Shown here one piece after another: positions 38,101 through 49,664 of a DNA stretch of 64,000 nucleotides. The DNA comes from Macrostomum lignano (Eukaryota), in contig NIVC01001346.1 of assembly GCA_002269645.1 (NCBI GenBank), positions 186,001 through 250,000 on the forward strand, read 5' to 3'. Under the pieces are notes generated by a model. The model searched no databases, was not told the origin of the DNA, and saw nothing but the letters and a program-made list of their open reading frames with translations. Position numbers and translations under genes: made by a program. Position 1 is the first letter of the stretch; each line of letters opens with the position of its first letter.

Positions 38101-41100
38101 AAAAGATCGCCCCTGAACTATTATTTTCAAGAAATCGCCCCTGAACTATCTTCAAGAAATCGCCCCTGAACTATCTTCAAGAAATCGCCCCTGAACTATC
38201 TTCAAGAAATCGCCCCTGAACTATCTTCAAGAAATCGCCCCTGAACTATCTTCAAAAAATCGCCCCTGAACTATCTTCAAGAAATCGTCCCTGAACTATC
38301 TTCAAGAAATCGTCCCTGAACTATCTTCAAGAAATCGCCCCTATCTATCATTAAAAATCGTCAGTAAACTGATATGAAGAATCGGCTCTGAACAACCTCA
38401 AAGCATCCAAACTCCCCAAACTCGCCGCCAGAACCTGGCCGAGATTCTCGCCCAGCTGCAATCGTCCGAATGGAGCTGCCGCCGCGACGGCCTGGCCAGC
38501 TTCAGCAGCTACCTGGCCAGGGAGGGCGGCCCGTCGCTGAATCAACTGGAATTGCGCCGGGTCTGCGACATCTTCGCTAAAATGTTTGGCGAGCCCAACG
38601 GCCGGGTGATGCAGTTCTTTCTGGAGGCTTTGGCCGACTTTGTCACCCGCTATCACGGGGAGCTGCACGACTGGCTGTACACCCTGCTGGTGCGGCTTGT
38701 TGGCCGGATGGCTACGGAGACTCTGGCCAGTCAGCAGGCCAGGTTCCAGGTGAGAGGGATGCTGGGCTAGGGGAGATTTGGCGTTGGGGAGAATACTAAT
38801 GGGGAAAATTGGGTATTGGGGAGAATACTAATGGGGAAAATTGGGTATTGGGGAGAATACTAATAGGGAAGATTGGATATTTGGGAGATTACTAATGAGG
38901 AAAATTGGGTATTTGGGAGAATACTAATGGGGAAGATTGGGTATTTAGGAGAATACTAATGGGGAAGATTGGGTATTTGGGAGAATACTAATGGGGAAGA
39001 TTGGGTATTGGGGAGAATACTAATGGGGAAAATTGGGTATTGGGGAGAATACTAATAGGGAAGATTGGATATTTGGGAGATTACTAATGGGGAAGATTGG
39101 GTATTGGGGAGAATACTAATGGGGAAGATTGGGTATTTGGGAGAATCCCAAATTGGGGAGAATAACTAATGGGGAAGATTGGGTATTGGGGAGAATACTA
39201 GTGGGGAAGATTGGGTATTTGGGAGATTACTAATGGGGAGATTTTATGTTTTTGGGATAATACTAATGGGGAAGATTTTATGTATTGGAAGAATACTAAT
39301 GGAAGATTAGGTGTTTGAGAGATTACTAATGGGGAAGATTGGGTATTTGGGAGATTACTAATGGGGAAGATTGGGTATTGGGGAGAATACTAATGGGGAA
39401 GATTGGGTATTGGGGAGAATACTAATGTGGAAGATTGGGTATTGGGGAGAATACTAATGGGGAAGATTGTGTATTTGGGAGAATACTTATGGGGAAGATT
39501 GGGTATTTGGGAGATTACTAATGGGGAAGATTGGGTATTGGGGAGAATACTAATGTGGAAGATTGGGTAGCTGGCAGAATACTAATGGGTAGGATTATAT
39601 CTGCTGAAAGTACTTATGGAAAATAGGGTTGCCAAATACTACTTTAATACAAGTACACTATACTACTATACTCGTATAGTACATTGTATAAAATAATACA
39701 AATCTATCCCCGCAGACCGCCATGGAACGAGTTCAGCGAGCCTTTCCCATAACGCTGCAATTGCGCTGCCTGTTGCGCTTTTTAATCGATCAAAATCAGC
39801 AGCCGTCGCCGCGGGTGCAGGCCGCGCTGCTCCAGTGCCTGCTGCAGGTGGTCCGCCAGCTGCCAGCCGACGCTCTGGTGCCCTGGCGCAACCAGTCCGA
39901 CCAGCCGGGGCAGGAGGCCCGCATCGCTCTGTCGCGCCTGACCACGCTGACCAAGGATCCGAAATCGCCTGATGTCCGCCGGCTGTCACAGGCTGTGTTG
40001 GCTGCTCTGTTCGACTTGAATCCCGGATGCTTTAGCGCTGTGCTCAAGGAGATGCAGCCGACTATACAGCAGCGGGCTACGGATGTGCTCAAGCTGCAGC
40101 TGGGGCCCAAGGCCGCCGGTGTTGGGTGAGTGTTCTAGGCTCAGATTTCCAGAGCTGTTGTGTTCTAACTAGGGTGAGATTTCCAGAGCTGTTGTGTTCT
40201 AACTAGGGTGAGATTTCCAGAGCTGTTGTGTTCTAACTAGGGTGAGATTTCCAGAGCTGTTGTGTTCTAACTAGGGTGAGATTTCCAGAGCTGTTGTGTT
40301 CTAACTAGGGTGAGATTTCCAGAGCTGTTGTGTTCTAACTAGGGTGAGATTTCCAGAGCTGTTGTGTTCTAACTAGGGTGAGATTTCCAGAGCTGTTGTG
40401 TTCTAACTAGGGTGAGATTTCCAGAGCTGTTGTGTTCTAACTAGGGTGAGATTTCCAGAGCTGTTGTGTTCTAACTAGGGTGAGAATTTCAGAGATGTTG
40501 TGTTCTAACTAGGGTGAGAATTTCAGAGATGTCGAGTTCTAGGGTGAGATTTCCAGAGCTGTTGTGTTCTAACTAGGGTGAGATTTCCAGAGCTGTTGTG
40601 TTCTAACTAGGGTGAGAATTCCAGAGCTGTTGTGTTCTAACTAGGGTGAGAATTTCAGAGATGTCGAGTTTTAGGGTGAGATTTCCAGGAATTTAGAGTT
40701 CTGTGGTGAGATTTCCAGGGATGTAGAGTTCTTGGGGGAGATTTCCAGGGATTGTACACTAATATTCTAGACAAGGCTTTATTGGTGCTATTTTGAGTGA
40801 GACTTCTGAGACTTTAAAGAAAGTGTTAAAAGCAGATTTTTGTCCTGATAATCCCAGCGCGTTACCAATATTTGCTAGTAGCCAAAACTAACAGCTATCA
40901 TTGCTGAACTCTCAGCGCCGACTCAGCCTCAGCTTCAGCAGCTGCATCGTCATCATTGTATCGCGTATCGCCTCTCCTGTCCCGTCGCACCCGACTTGGC
41001 CAGTTTAGGTAGCGATTAAGTGCTAATCTGCAAGAAAAAACACTATTAATTTCCTTGATCTTGTGCGCGTATTTTCTCTGAAAATCGAATGCTATGTGTA

Positions 41101-43153
41101 CACGGGATTAATAGACATCGTAAATTATCACAGTTTTAATTTATATTGCAACAAACTTCCTATACACTCTGCATGCCGTCTATTTCTGAATATTTTTGCT
41201 ATTTACGATTTTTCTAATCATACTACTGGCATTTTGCTGCGTCAGTAGTGCAGATTGAATTTTGCAATCTATTTTTATAATTGGAAATTTAAAAAACCAT
41301 TAATTCATACAGGTCGGATATTCCCGCATCTGCTGAGACGCCCCAGAAGCAGCAGCAGGTGTCTGGGCCGCCAAGTTCAGCTGCAGCGACGCCGGCGCCG
41401 TTGTCTGCTCGCGGCGGAGTCGCCAGACCAGCCGCCGCTGTGGTCCGACGGGCCGCTCCCGCAACCCCCGCCGCCGCCGCCGCTGCAAACGCCGCCGCGG
41501 ATGCCGGCGACGGTTCGGACGACTTGCTTAACAGCGTCCACAGGGCGGCGCTCAATCTGCAGTCCTTCACTCGGACAGCCGAAGACGCTGACGCGACTGA
41601 AAACAAGGCGCCAATTATTGAAGCTCTGCCGGCGCCAACTCCGGTCAGGCCCGCCCAGCTGGCCAATGGCCGCGCCCCAGCCTCTGCTTTGCAGCCTTCG
41701 CGGCAACAGCAACAACAGCAGCCGCCGCTGACTGCTGGTGGACCGCGTCAACAGCAGGCGACTGTCGCGGAGGTGACCTCAACTCCGTCGCGTTTCCAGC
41801 CTGTGCAAAAGCAGCAGCAGCAGCAGCAGCAGCAGGCTCCGCCTGCGCCGCCACCTGCTGCATTACAGTCTACTCTTGGCCAGCCAGACTTTGAAGATTT
41901 CGACGATGATGAAGAATTATTGGACGACGACGACGAGGATATTGATGGTGAGACAACTCTGGATTGTGTGCTCACCTCTGGCGTTAGATGCCTGCGCAGT
42001 TCATTATATGCGAAATAAACTTGCCGTTACACAGCTGTGATTGATCTCCTAGGGTGAGACTTCTCTGAATCTCCTAGGATGAGATTTCCCCGAATCTCCT
42101 AGGGTGAGACTTCTCTCAATCTCCTAGGATGAGATTTCCCCGAATCTCCTAGGGTGAGACTTCTCTGAATCTCCTAGGATGAGATTTCCCCGAATCTCCT
42201 AGGGTGAGACTTCTCTGAATCTCCTAGGATGAGATTTCCCCGAATCTCCTAGGGTGAGACTTCTCTGAATCTCCTAGGATGAGATTTCCCCGAATCTCCT
42301 AGGGTGAGACTTCTCTGAATCTCCTAGGATGAGATTTCCCCGAATCTCCTAGGGTGAGATTTCTCTGAATCTCCTAGTGTGAGTTTTTTCTGATAAATAA
42401 TTTCCTAGGGTGAGATTTGCCTGAATCTCCTAGGGTTATATTTTTTTAATCTGCTAGGGTGGAATTTCTCTGATAAAATCTCCTAGGGTTAGATTTCTCT
42501 GAATCTCCTAGGGTGGGATTTCTCTGATATTCATAAATCCCCTAGGGTGAGATTCCCCTGAATGTTCTAGGGGGGGATTTCTTTGATAAATCTTCTAGGG
42601 TGAGATTTCCCTGAATCCTAGTGTGAGATTTCCCTGAATCCTAGTGTGAGATTTCCCTGTATCTTCTAGAGTAAGATTTCTCTGATAAATCTCCTAGGGT
42701 GAGATTTCCCTGAATCCTAGTATGAGATTTCCCTGAATCTCCTAGAGTAATATTTCTCTGATAAATCTCCTAGGGTGAGATTTCCCTGAATCCTAGTATG
42801 AGATTTCCCTGAATCTCCTAGGGTGAGATTTCCCCGAATCTCCTAAGGTGAGATTTTTCGGAAACCCCTGTTCTGTTGTGAATCTAGTAATCTAGGGTAT
42901 GATTTCTGAATCTTATGATTCTTATGAATCTTATGAAACTTATGATTCTCCTATGACAGTGTTGAATAGTAACTTCAATGTGTGTTTTAACTACTGTAAG
43001 TAGTTAATGTTTGAAATCATATCTATCGCCTGCATGCAATAATAACATACACAGCTAATTCGCAAAATTGCAGAAATGTCTACGGACGATGCAGTGACTG
43101 GAATATTGAAAGAGCTGTCGAATCACAATCAACGGTAAATTAACTTGTACTTT

Positions 43154-43184
<31 letters not shown>

Positions 43185-44452
43185 TTTTATTTCTATCCTT
43201 TCCACTTCAGGCACGAGCAGCGAATGAGCTCTATGCAGCGGCTGGTCCGAATGGTCCGTGACAACTCGGTAGACAGCTGGGATGAGAACTTCAAGACCGT
43301 GCTGCTGATCCTGCTGGAAACGCTGGGAGATAATGAGGTCAGTGTGCTCATTTATGTGCTGTTGTGTGCCGGGGTTTGGTCATTAAGTTGAAATTACTGA
43401 TTCAGAGTATCACACTCTAAGTTGTGGTATGGATTTCTTACTGTTGTATGATCATTTCCTGGGTCATAGTATCACTTCGTGGGTCATAGAATCACTTCCC
43501 GAGTCATAGTATCACTTCCCGAGTCATAGTATCACTCCCCGAGTCACAGTATCACTTCGTGGGTCATAGAATCACTTCCCAAGTCATAGTATCACTTCCC
43601 GAGTCACAGTATCACTTCGTGGGTCATAGAATCACTTCCCAAGTCATAGTATCACTTCCCGAGTCACAGTATCACTTCGTGGGTCATAGTATCACTTCCC
43701 AAGTCATAGTATAACTTCCCGAGTCATAGTATCACTTCCCTTCTCTTCTCGAGATTTCCTTCTCGAATCATAGTATCACCTTCTGAGTCATAGTATTGCT
43801 AAATAAGTCCGAATCACTTCCTGGGTCATAGTATCACTTGATGAGCCATAGCAGCACATTCTCAGTCGCTATTAATCCCCCACTACCCACCACAGGCAGA
43901 CATCCGCGCCCTGGCGCTGACGGTGCTGCAGGAGCTGATCAGGGCGCAGCCCCGCCGCCTATCCAACTACACCGAGCTGACCCTGTTAAAAATTCTCGAA
44001 GCCCACCGAGACACCGACAAGTTGGTGGCCAAAGCGGCCGAGGATTGCGCCAAGCACGTGGCCGCCCACCTGCCCGGCGATGTCTGCCTTCGCGTCCTGA
44101 CTCCGCTGGTGTCCGGCGCCGACCCCGGCCTGGCCCTGGCCGCCGTGAAGATGCAGATGCGAGTGGTGCAAGAGTGCGAGCCCGTGCCGTGGAGGCCGCC
44201 CTGCCCGAGCTGTGCCCAGGCCTGGTGCGCTGCTGCGATCACGCCGAGTCTCAAATACGCAAGGCCGCCATCTTCTGTCTAGTGCAGATGTACATGAAAG
44301 TTGGCGAGACGCTGCTGTTGCATCTCAAAGACATGAGCAGCACGAAACGGCGCCTGCTGCAGCTGTACATCTGCAAGGCCCGCGTTGGCACCGCCCAGGA
44401 CGCCGGCGGCGGCGGTGGCGCCGGCGGGGTTGCCCTGCCTCCAGTCAGCTGA
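26198..44452 (+). CDS. CLASP: CLIP-associating protein (CLASP/Orbit-MAST), TOG1-less, about 16 exons, about 1400 aa; apparent 1-nt deletion near 44183
   Basis: Exons 26198-26702, 27627-27752, 30791-30919, 31601-31662, 32073-32426, 33629-33751, 34321-34653, 35571-35888, 36409-36450 (tentative), 38432-38749 (start uncertain), 39716-40125, 40916-41008, 41313-41947, 43074-43134, 43211-43337, 43896-44452; phases match. Motifs: GAGSIDEEGFLAAF, DWEKRV, DLRSQVVREACIT (TOG2); SETSSVCS; TOG3 (LRRVCDIFAKMF, KDPKSPDVRR); C-terminal domain (LKELSNHN, FKTVLLILLETLGD, ESQIRKAAIFCL). The first three exons are less certain than the rest. Confidence 0.93.
26880..27350. repeat. 20-bp minisatellite (GAAGCGCCGCTAATTCTCAT)n, CLASP intron 1
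   Basis: About 23 copies, degenerate toward the left. Confidence 0.93.
28058..29265. repeat. 21-bp minisatellite (CCGATCTCTCATCTACCATAT)n with a 22-23-unit higher-order repeat
   Basis: Variant block ATCTCCCATGCCC starts at 28091, 28574 and 29036; explains ORFs 27906-29369, 27937-29346 and 28052-29314. Confidence 0.96.
29938..30540. repeat. 42-bp minisatellite with GGCGCCAAAA core, CLASP intron 2
   Basis: About 14 copies of GTGGCTGGCGCCAAAATCAGCATGTTCAAAGTGTACATGTGA. Confidence 0.95.
31750..32017. repeat. 22-bp minisatellite (CCTTCATTAGCCTCCCACTGGT)n
   Basis: About 12 copies just upstream of CLASP exon 5. Confidence 0.93.
32458..32690. repeat. 33-bp minisatellite (GATGAGAGAATCGGATTGCGAATCTCACCCATC)n
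   Basis: About 7 copies just after the exon 5 donor. Confidence 0.92.
33920..34280. repeat. 32-bp minisatellite with CTGGCGCCAAA core, CLASP intron 6
   Basis: CTGGCGCCAA at 33957, 33989, 34021 and onward; about 11 copies. Confidence 0.93.
34660..35490. repeat. Composite 31-bp and 45-bp minisatellite with GGTGAG core, CLASP intron 7
   Basis: 31-bp CTGGTTGTGAGGGTGAGCTTCTCTTTTCTCA units, then 45-bp ...CTCACTGGTTGCAGGGGTGAGACTCCGG... units; the array fills almost the whole intron. Confidence 0.94.
36608..37415. repeat. 35-bp minisatellite (TTAGCAATCCATTTTGATCCTTCACATGGGATAGA)n
   Basis: About 23 copies. Confidence 0.96.
37895..38342. repeat. 25-bp minisatellite (AAGAAATCGCCCCTGAACTATCTTC)n
   Basis: About 18 copies; homogeneous on the right, degenerate on the left. 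Confidence 0.93.
38780..39590. repeat. 32-bp G-run minisatellite (GGGGAGAATACTAATGGGGAAGATTGGGTATT)n, CLASP intron 10
   Basis: About 25 copies starting about 30 nt after the donor. Confidence 0.94.
40130..40755. repeat. 34-bp minisatellite (CTAGGGTGAGATTTCCAGAGCTGTTGTGTTCTAA)n, CLASP intron 11
   Basis: About 14 intact copies plus degenerate ones. Confidence 0.96.
42045..42860. repeat. 25-bp minisatellite (CTCCTAGGGTGAGACTTCTCTGAAT)n with 50-bp dimers, CLASP intron 13
   Basis: Alternating A/B units, then degenerate copies; shares CTAGGGTGAGATTTCC with the intron 11 array. Confidence 0.93.
43455..43840. repeat. 20-bp minisatellite (GAGTCATAGTATCACTTCCC)n with 60-bp trimers
   Basis: Lines at 43561, 43621 and 43681 repeat with a 60-bp period. 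Confidence 0.92.
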
Positions 44453-44574
44453 GAGTCGCCCCCCCCCCGCTGCTATGCCGGATTTTACTTTGATTCATTT
44501 TTAAGCACGATTTGTATTTGTGCGTTTGTGCTTTTAGCCTGTTTCTTTTAGTTCTCTGGGTTTTATCTGCTTTT

Positions 44575-44684
44575 GTGTGTCCGTCTGCCTGCCTGCCTGC
44601 TTGCCTGTCTGTCTGTCTGTCTGTCTGTCTGTCTTAGTTTCTGTCTGTCTTAGTGTCTGTCTGTCTTAGTGTCTGTCTGTCCGT

Positions 44685-44778
<94 letters not shown>

Positions 44779-44868
44779 TAGTGTCTGTCTGTCTTAGTGT
44801 CTGTCTGTCTTAGTGTCTGTCTGTCTTAGTGTCTGTCTGTCCGTCTGCCTGCCTGCCTGCCTGCCTGT

Positions 44869-44905
<37 letters not shown>

Positions 44906-44937
44906 TGCCTGCCTGCCTGCCTGCCTGTCTGCCTGCC

Positions 44938-44999
<62 letters not shown>

Positions 45000-45122
45000 C
45001 CTGCCTGCCTGCCTGCCTGCCTGTCTGTCTGCCGGCCTGCTCTGTCTTAGTGTCTGTCTGTCTGTCTGTCTGTCTCTCTGTCTGTCTGTCTCTCTGTCTG
45101 TCTGTCTCTCTGTCTGTCTCTA
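44575..45122 (+). repeat. Compound (CCTG)n/(TCTG)n microsatellite, CLASP 3' region
   Basis: Alternating CTGC and CTGT tracts starting about 120 nt after the stop codon. Confidence 0.95.
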
Positions 45123-46019
45123 CCTCTTCTTAGCTCTCTTCGCTCGCGACTTCACAACAACACCTAGTAGGCATCTGTACTTGTAAATGTGGCTTTTATA
45201 ATTGTAAAATTGCTCGCGCGCTTTGGTGACAGTTGCAGCCATCAGTCCCGATCGATGCCGCACAGACGAATAAGCACATATAGTAGATGTAAATCTAGCC
45301 ATTTTAAAATCATCATCGCGAGATCGTCAATCGCATCAAACGCCAATTGTACTAGTAGTATCTGCGGGATCGCATCGCATTCATTAGTTAATGCTCATTT
45401 CACAGTGTTGTAATTAAACGTATTTGTCAACAGGCACACAGCACTGTTGCCATTTAGTCAGCTTACTGCAGCTTTCAATACACTGGCGCCCCCCCTCCCG
45501 ATCGTCAGTCCATCCATCCTCTGTTCAATCTGTTCATTTCATTTTTCTATTGCCCACGATTAATTAAGCATAACATTTGTCGGATTTTATCGTATTATTA
45601 AGCGCGATTGCGTGTTGTTTTCTTTCGAATCGATTTTCCGTCACTTTTTTGTTCACTGATTTACTTGTTAAAATGTGGATTTCGTTCTTCTTTAACACCT
45701 GTTGCTGCTGCTGCCTTCTTGATCGCCTTGGCAAGCTGTAGCTGCAGACCGTTTGATTTGTTCCCACTTTTATAGTTTATTTGCAACCAATATGGATTTC
45801 TAGGCGGCTGGCCTAGCGTTGTTAAATAATAACTTATTATAAATCATACTATTGTGACATTATTGACTGTCTCATGCTTGCCACTGCGGCTTGTTTGTAT
45901 TATTTGTGACTTTGCCTTGCCTTCATTCTACAGCTCACCTGTGCTGCTGCTGTTAGTGTTCTGATTATCTGAATCAGATAATCTCTTCTTCGATCCCCAG
46001 TTCCTGAGACATGCTCCCA

Positions 46020-46695
46020 GATCCCAGTGCCTGGGCCCGCCTCCCAGATCCCCAGTTACTGGGCCAGCCTCCCAGATCCTCAGTTGCTGGGCCAGCCTCC
46101 CAGATCCCAAGTTGCTGGGCCAGCCTCCCAGATCCCAAGTTGCTGGGCCAGCCTCCCAGATCCTCAGCTGCTGGGCCAGCCACCCAGATCCTCAGCTGCT
46201 GGGCCAGCCTCCCAGATCCTCAGCTGCTGGGCCAGCTCCCTGATCTTCAGCTGCTGATCCACCCTCCCAGATCTTCAGCTGCTGATCCACCCTCCCAGAT
46301 CTTCAGCTGTTGATCCACCCTCCCAGATCCCCAGTTGCTGAGCCAGGCTCCCAGATCCCAGTTGCTGAGCCAGCCTCCCAGATCCCAGTTGCTGAGCCAG
46401 GCTCCCAGATCCCAGTTGCTGGGCCAGCCTCCCAGATCCCCAGTTGCTGAGCCAGGCTCCCAGATCCCCAGTTGCTGAGCCAGCCTCCCAGATCCCCAGT
46501 TGCTGAGCCAGCCTCCCAGATCCTCAGCTGCTGGGCCAGCCTCCCAGATCCCCAGTTGCTGAGCCAGCCTCCCAGATCCCAAGTTGCTGAGCCAGCCTCC
46601 CAGATCCTCAGCTGCTGAGCCAGCCTCCCAGATCCCCAGTTGCTGAGCCAGCCTCCCAGATCCCCAGTTGCTGAGCCAGCCTCCCAGATCCTTAA
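46020..46695. repeat. 28-bp minisatellite (GCCAGCCTCCCAGATCCCCAGTTGCTGA)n
   Basis: About 24 copies; explains ORFs between 45928 and 46720. Confidence 0.94.
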
Positions 46696-47747
46696 CCTGC
46701 ATCTCATACCTGAAACACACGCAGCTAGCTCAATAGTAATAAGACCAGCAAAAGTAATTTTTGCACTGTATTGCGCCCAGTAACTTTTCGGCTCAATAAG
46801 AATTTCCCCATCGTGCTGGGAGCTCCGGAGCCTCTTGTCTGCATTCGGTAATTAGTAGTTGGCCTACCGTGACATTGGAACAGTCCTATGTGCATGTTAT
46901 GTTTATTGAGAAGAAAAACTCAAGCCAATTATTCCGATATGAAATACTTCTATAGTTTTAGACGCAATCGATTTATTAATTTATTTTTATTTGTCTATAT
47001 AAGCCGGCCACTGTTTTACATTTGCGGAACTAAGGCTTAGACCATTCCTGGAAAAACTTATTAATCTCTTCTGTCCACTTTTTGTTTTAATTTAAGTAAC
47101 AGAAATTGAAAACATTTCCTTTCGCTCTGATATTTTTGACAAGTTTGTAGGCACAGTTTGTACTTCAAATAAGTGCTGCTAGTGGTGTTGCTACATTATT
47201 GCATTACATAAGCGCAGGCCCGTTGTGATAATATTTATGCCATTTATTGTCGAATTTCTCACCTTGCTCACCTGCACTGGTATATTAATTTGTATTTGCT
47301 CTACTACGAGTAGTAATGTAATGTCATTGCACTTTCCATGTCGCGTCTTAATTTCAAGTCGCAAATCTATCTCTCTCTGTTGCTTTTTTGTTGATTGCTT
47401 TTTTTAAAATAGCTACGCGCATTTGCCCAGTCAGGGAATCGGTTAATATACAAAATCTGATTCTAGGTTCATACAGTGTAGTTATTGGTATTTATGTGCT
47501 GCCTGATTACTAAATATAGTTTAGTTTGATTTGGTAACACGGACACTTTTAATAACTTGACGTTTGTCGCTATGCTCTGTAAATTTGCAGCAGCTCATTG
47601 TGACTTACAGCTGTCTGATTATTTATAATTCAATACTGATCTCTTGTCTTGGTGTAGGAGCGTTGCATCTTTTATCAGGCTGGCTGTCGTTGCTGCATGT
47701 GGTCTTCTTTATTAATAGAAGCGTATTAATGTCGGTAAATTTGGCTA

Positions 47748-48946
47748 TCTGACACCCATTTCGCGTCTCTGACACACATATTTGGCGTCTCTGACACCCA
47801 TTTCGCGTCTCTGACACACCTATTTGGCGTCTCTGACACCCATTTCGCGTCTCTGACACACCTATTTGGCGTCTCTGACACCCATTTCGCGTCTCGGACA
47901 CCCATTTCGCGTCTCTGACACCCATTTCGCGTCTCTGACACACCTATTTGGCGTCTCTGACACACCTAGTTGGCGTCTCTGACACACCCATTTGACGTCT
48001 CTGACACACCCAGTTGGCGTCTCTGACACCCATTTGACGTCTCTGACACACCCATTTGACGTCTCTGACACACCCATTTGACGTCTCTGACACACCCATT
48101 TGGCGTCTCTGACACACCCAGTTAGCGTCTCTGACACACTCATTTGACGCCTCTGACAGACTCATTTGACGTCTCTGACACACCTATTTGGCGTCTCTGA
48201 CACACCTATTTAGCGTCTCTGACACACCCATTTTGCGTCTCTGACACACCCATTTGGCGTCTCTGACACCCATTTGGCGTCTCTGACACACCCAGTTAGC
48301 GTCTCTGACACACTCATTTGACGCCTCTGACAGACTCATTTGACGTCTCTGACACACCCATTTGGCGTCTCTGACACACCTATTTGGCGTCTCTGACACA
48401 CCTATTTAGCGTCTCTGACACACCCATTTTGCGTCTCTGACACACCCATTTGGCGTCTCTGACACCCAGTTGGCGTCTCTGACACACCCAGTTGGCGTCT
48501 CTGACACACTCATTTGACGTCTCTGACACACCCATTTGACGTCTCTGACACACCCATTTGGCGTCTCTGACACACCCAGTTGGCGTCTCTGACACACCCA
48601 TTTGACGTCTCTGACACACCCATTTGACGTCTCTGACACACTCATTTTGCGTCTCTGACACACCCAGTTGGCGTCTCTGACACACCCATTTGACGTCTCT
48701 GACACACCCAGTTGGCGTCTCTGACACACCCATTTGACGTCTCTGACACACCCATTTGACGTCTCTGACACACCCATTTTGCGTCTCTGACACACCCAGT
48801 TGGCGTCTCTGACACTCATTTCGCGTCTCTGACACACCCATTTGACGTCTCTGACACACCCATTTGACGTCTCTGACACACCCATTTGGCGTCTCTGACA
48901 CACCCATTTGACGCCTCTGACAGACTCATTTGGCGTCTCTGACACA
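47748..48946. repeat. 20-22-bp minisatellite (GGCGTCTCTGACACACCCATTT)n
   Basis: About 55 copies. Confidence 0.96.
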
Positions 48947-49664
48947 CTGGGCGGAGCGATTGAGGGGAAGGGCCACGGCCCCCTCTGCGTGCGCCAGTGA
49001 TCATTTTTGTGTTTTCGTTATCTAAAAGATGTGGAAATGAACGTCGCTGTCCAAAAGTCTACACCGACGCAACAGAAGAGAGGACAGTTGCTAGGCTTTG
49101 GACCCCAGCCGGTGCCATTCCCAATTATCTAGGAGATGGCGCTAGCACCTGGCTTGTCTCAGTCGCCCTCAGCTGCCTAATTAATTGGCTGCCTGCATTC
49201 TTCCATGCTTCAGTTTATTTATCCGCTGAAGTTGAATTTGCCAGACTCAGCGCAATCGATATCGCTGCAGGACATCTGCTGCTCTCCTTGTGCTGGAGCT
49301 CGCGGCCTGGCTTGCTGTGCATAGCTGGCTAAGTTGATTCTTTCGACGACCTCTTGAGCACTGGCTCAGCGCTTGTCATTGAACTCTACCCTAGCGCAGT
49401 CAACAAGTTTGAGCTAAAATTTCTTGTTTTATCGTCCCAATGAAACAAAACCTGTAAGAATTTTACTCGATTAACCAGAGAATCGAAGGTAATTTTTGAT
49501 GGTTAGCCTGCGGCTTGTGTCAAGTCTATGGCTCAGGGGCGTCGCCACGGGTGACAGGGGGACCCTATCGATTTAACATTTATGGAAGGACATGCCAATG
49601 CTTTGTTTCACCTTGTGACCCGTTATGGAAATCAATAAGTTTGCTTCAGGCGCCAAAATATAGC

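Noticed and set aside
45690-46720. Minus-strand mini-exons (donor-like sites near 45697 and 45939, AG|GT near 46710)
   Set aside because: No continuous frame; the array-derived ORF stops at 46247.
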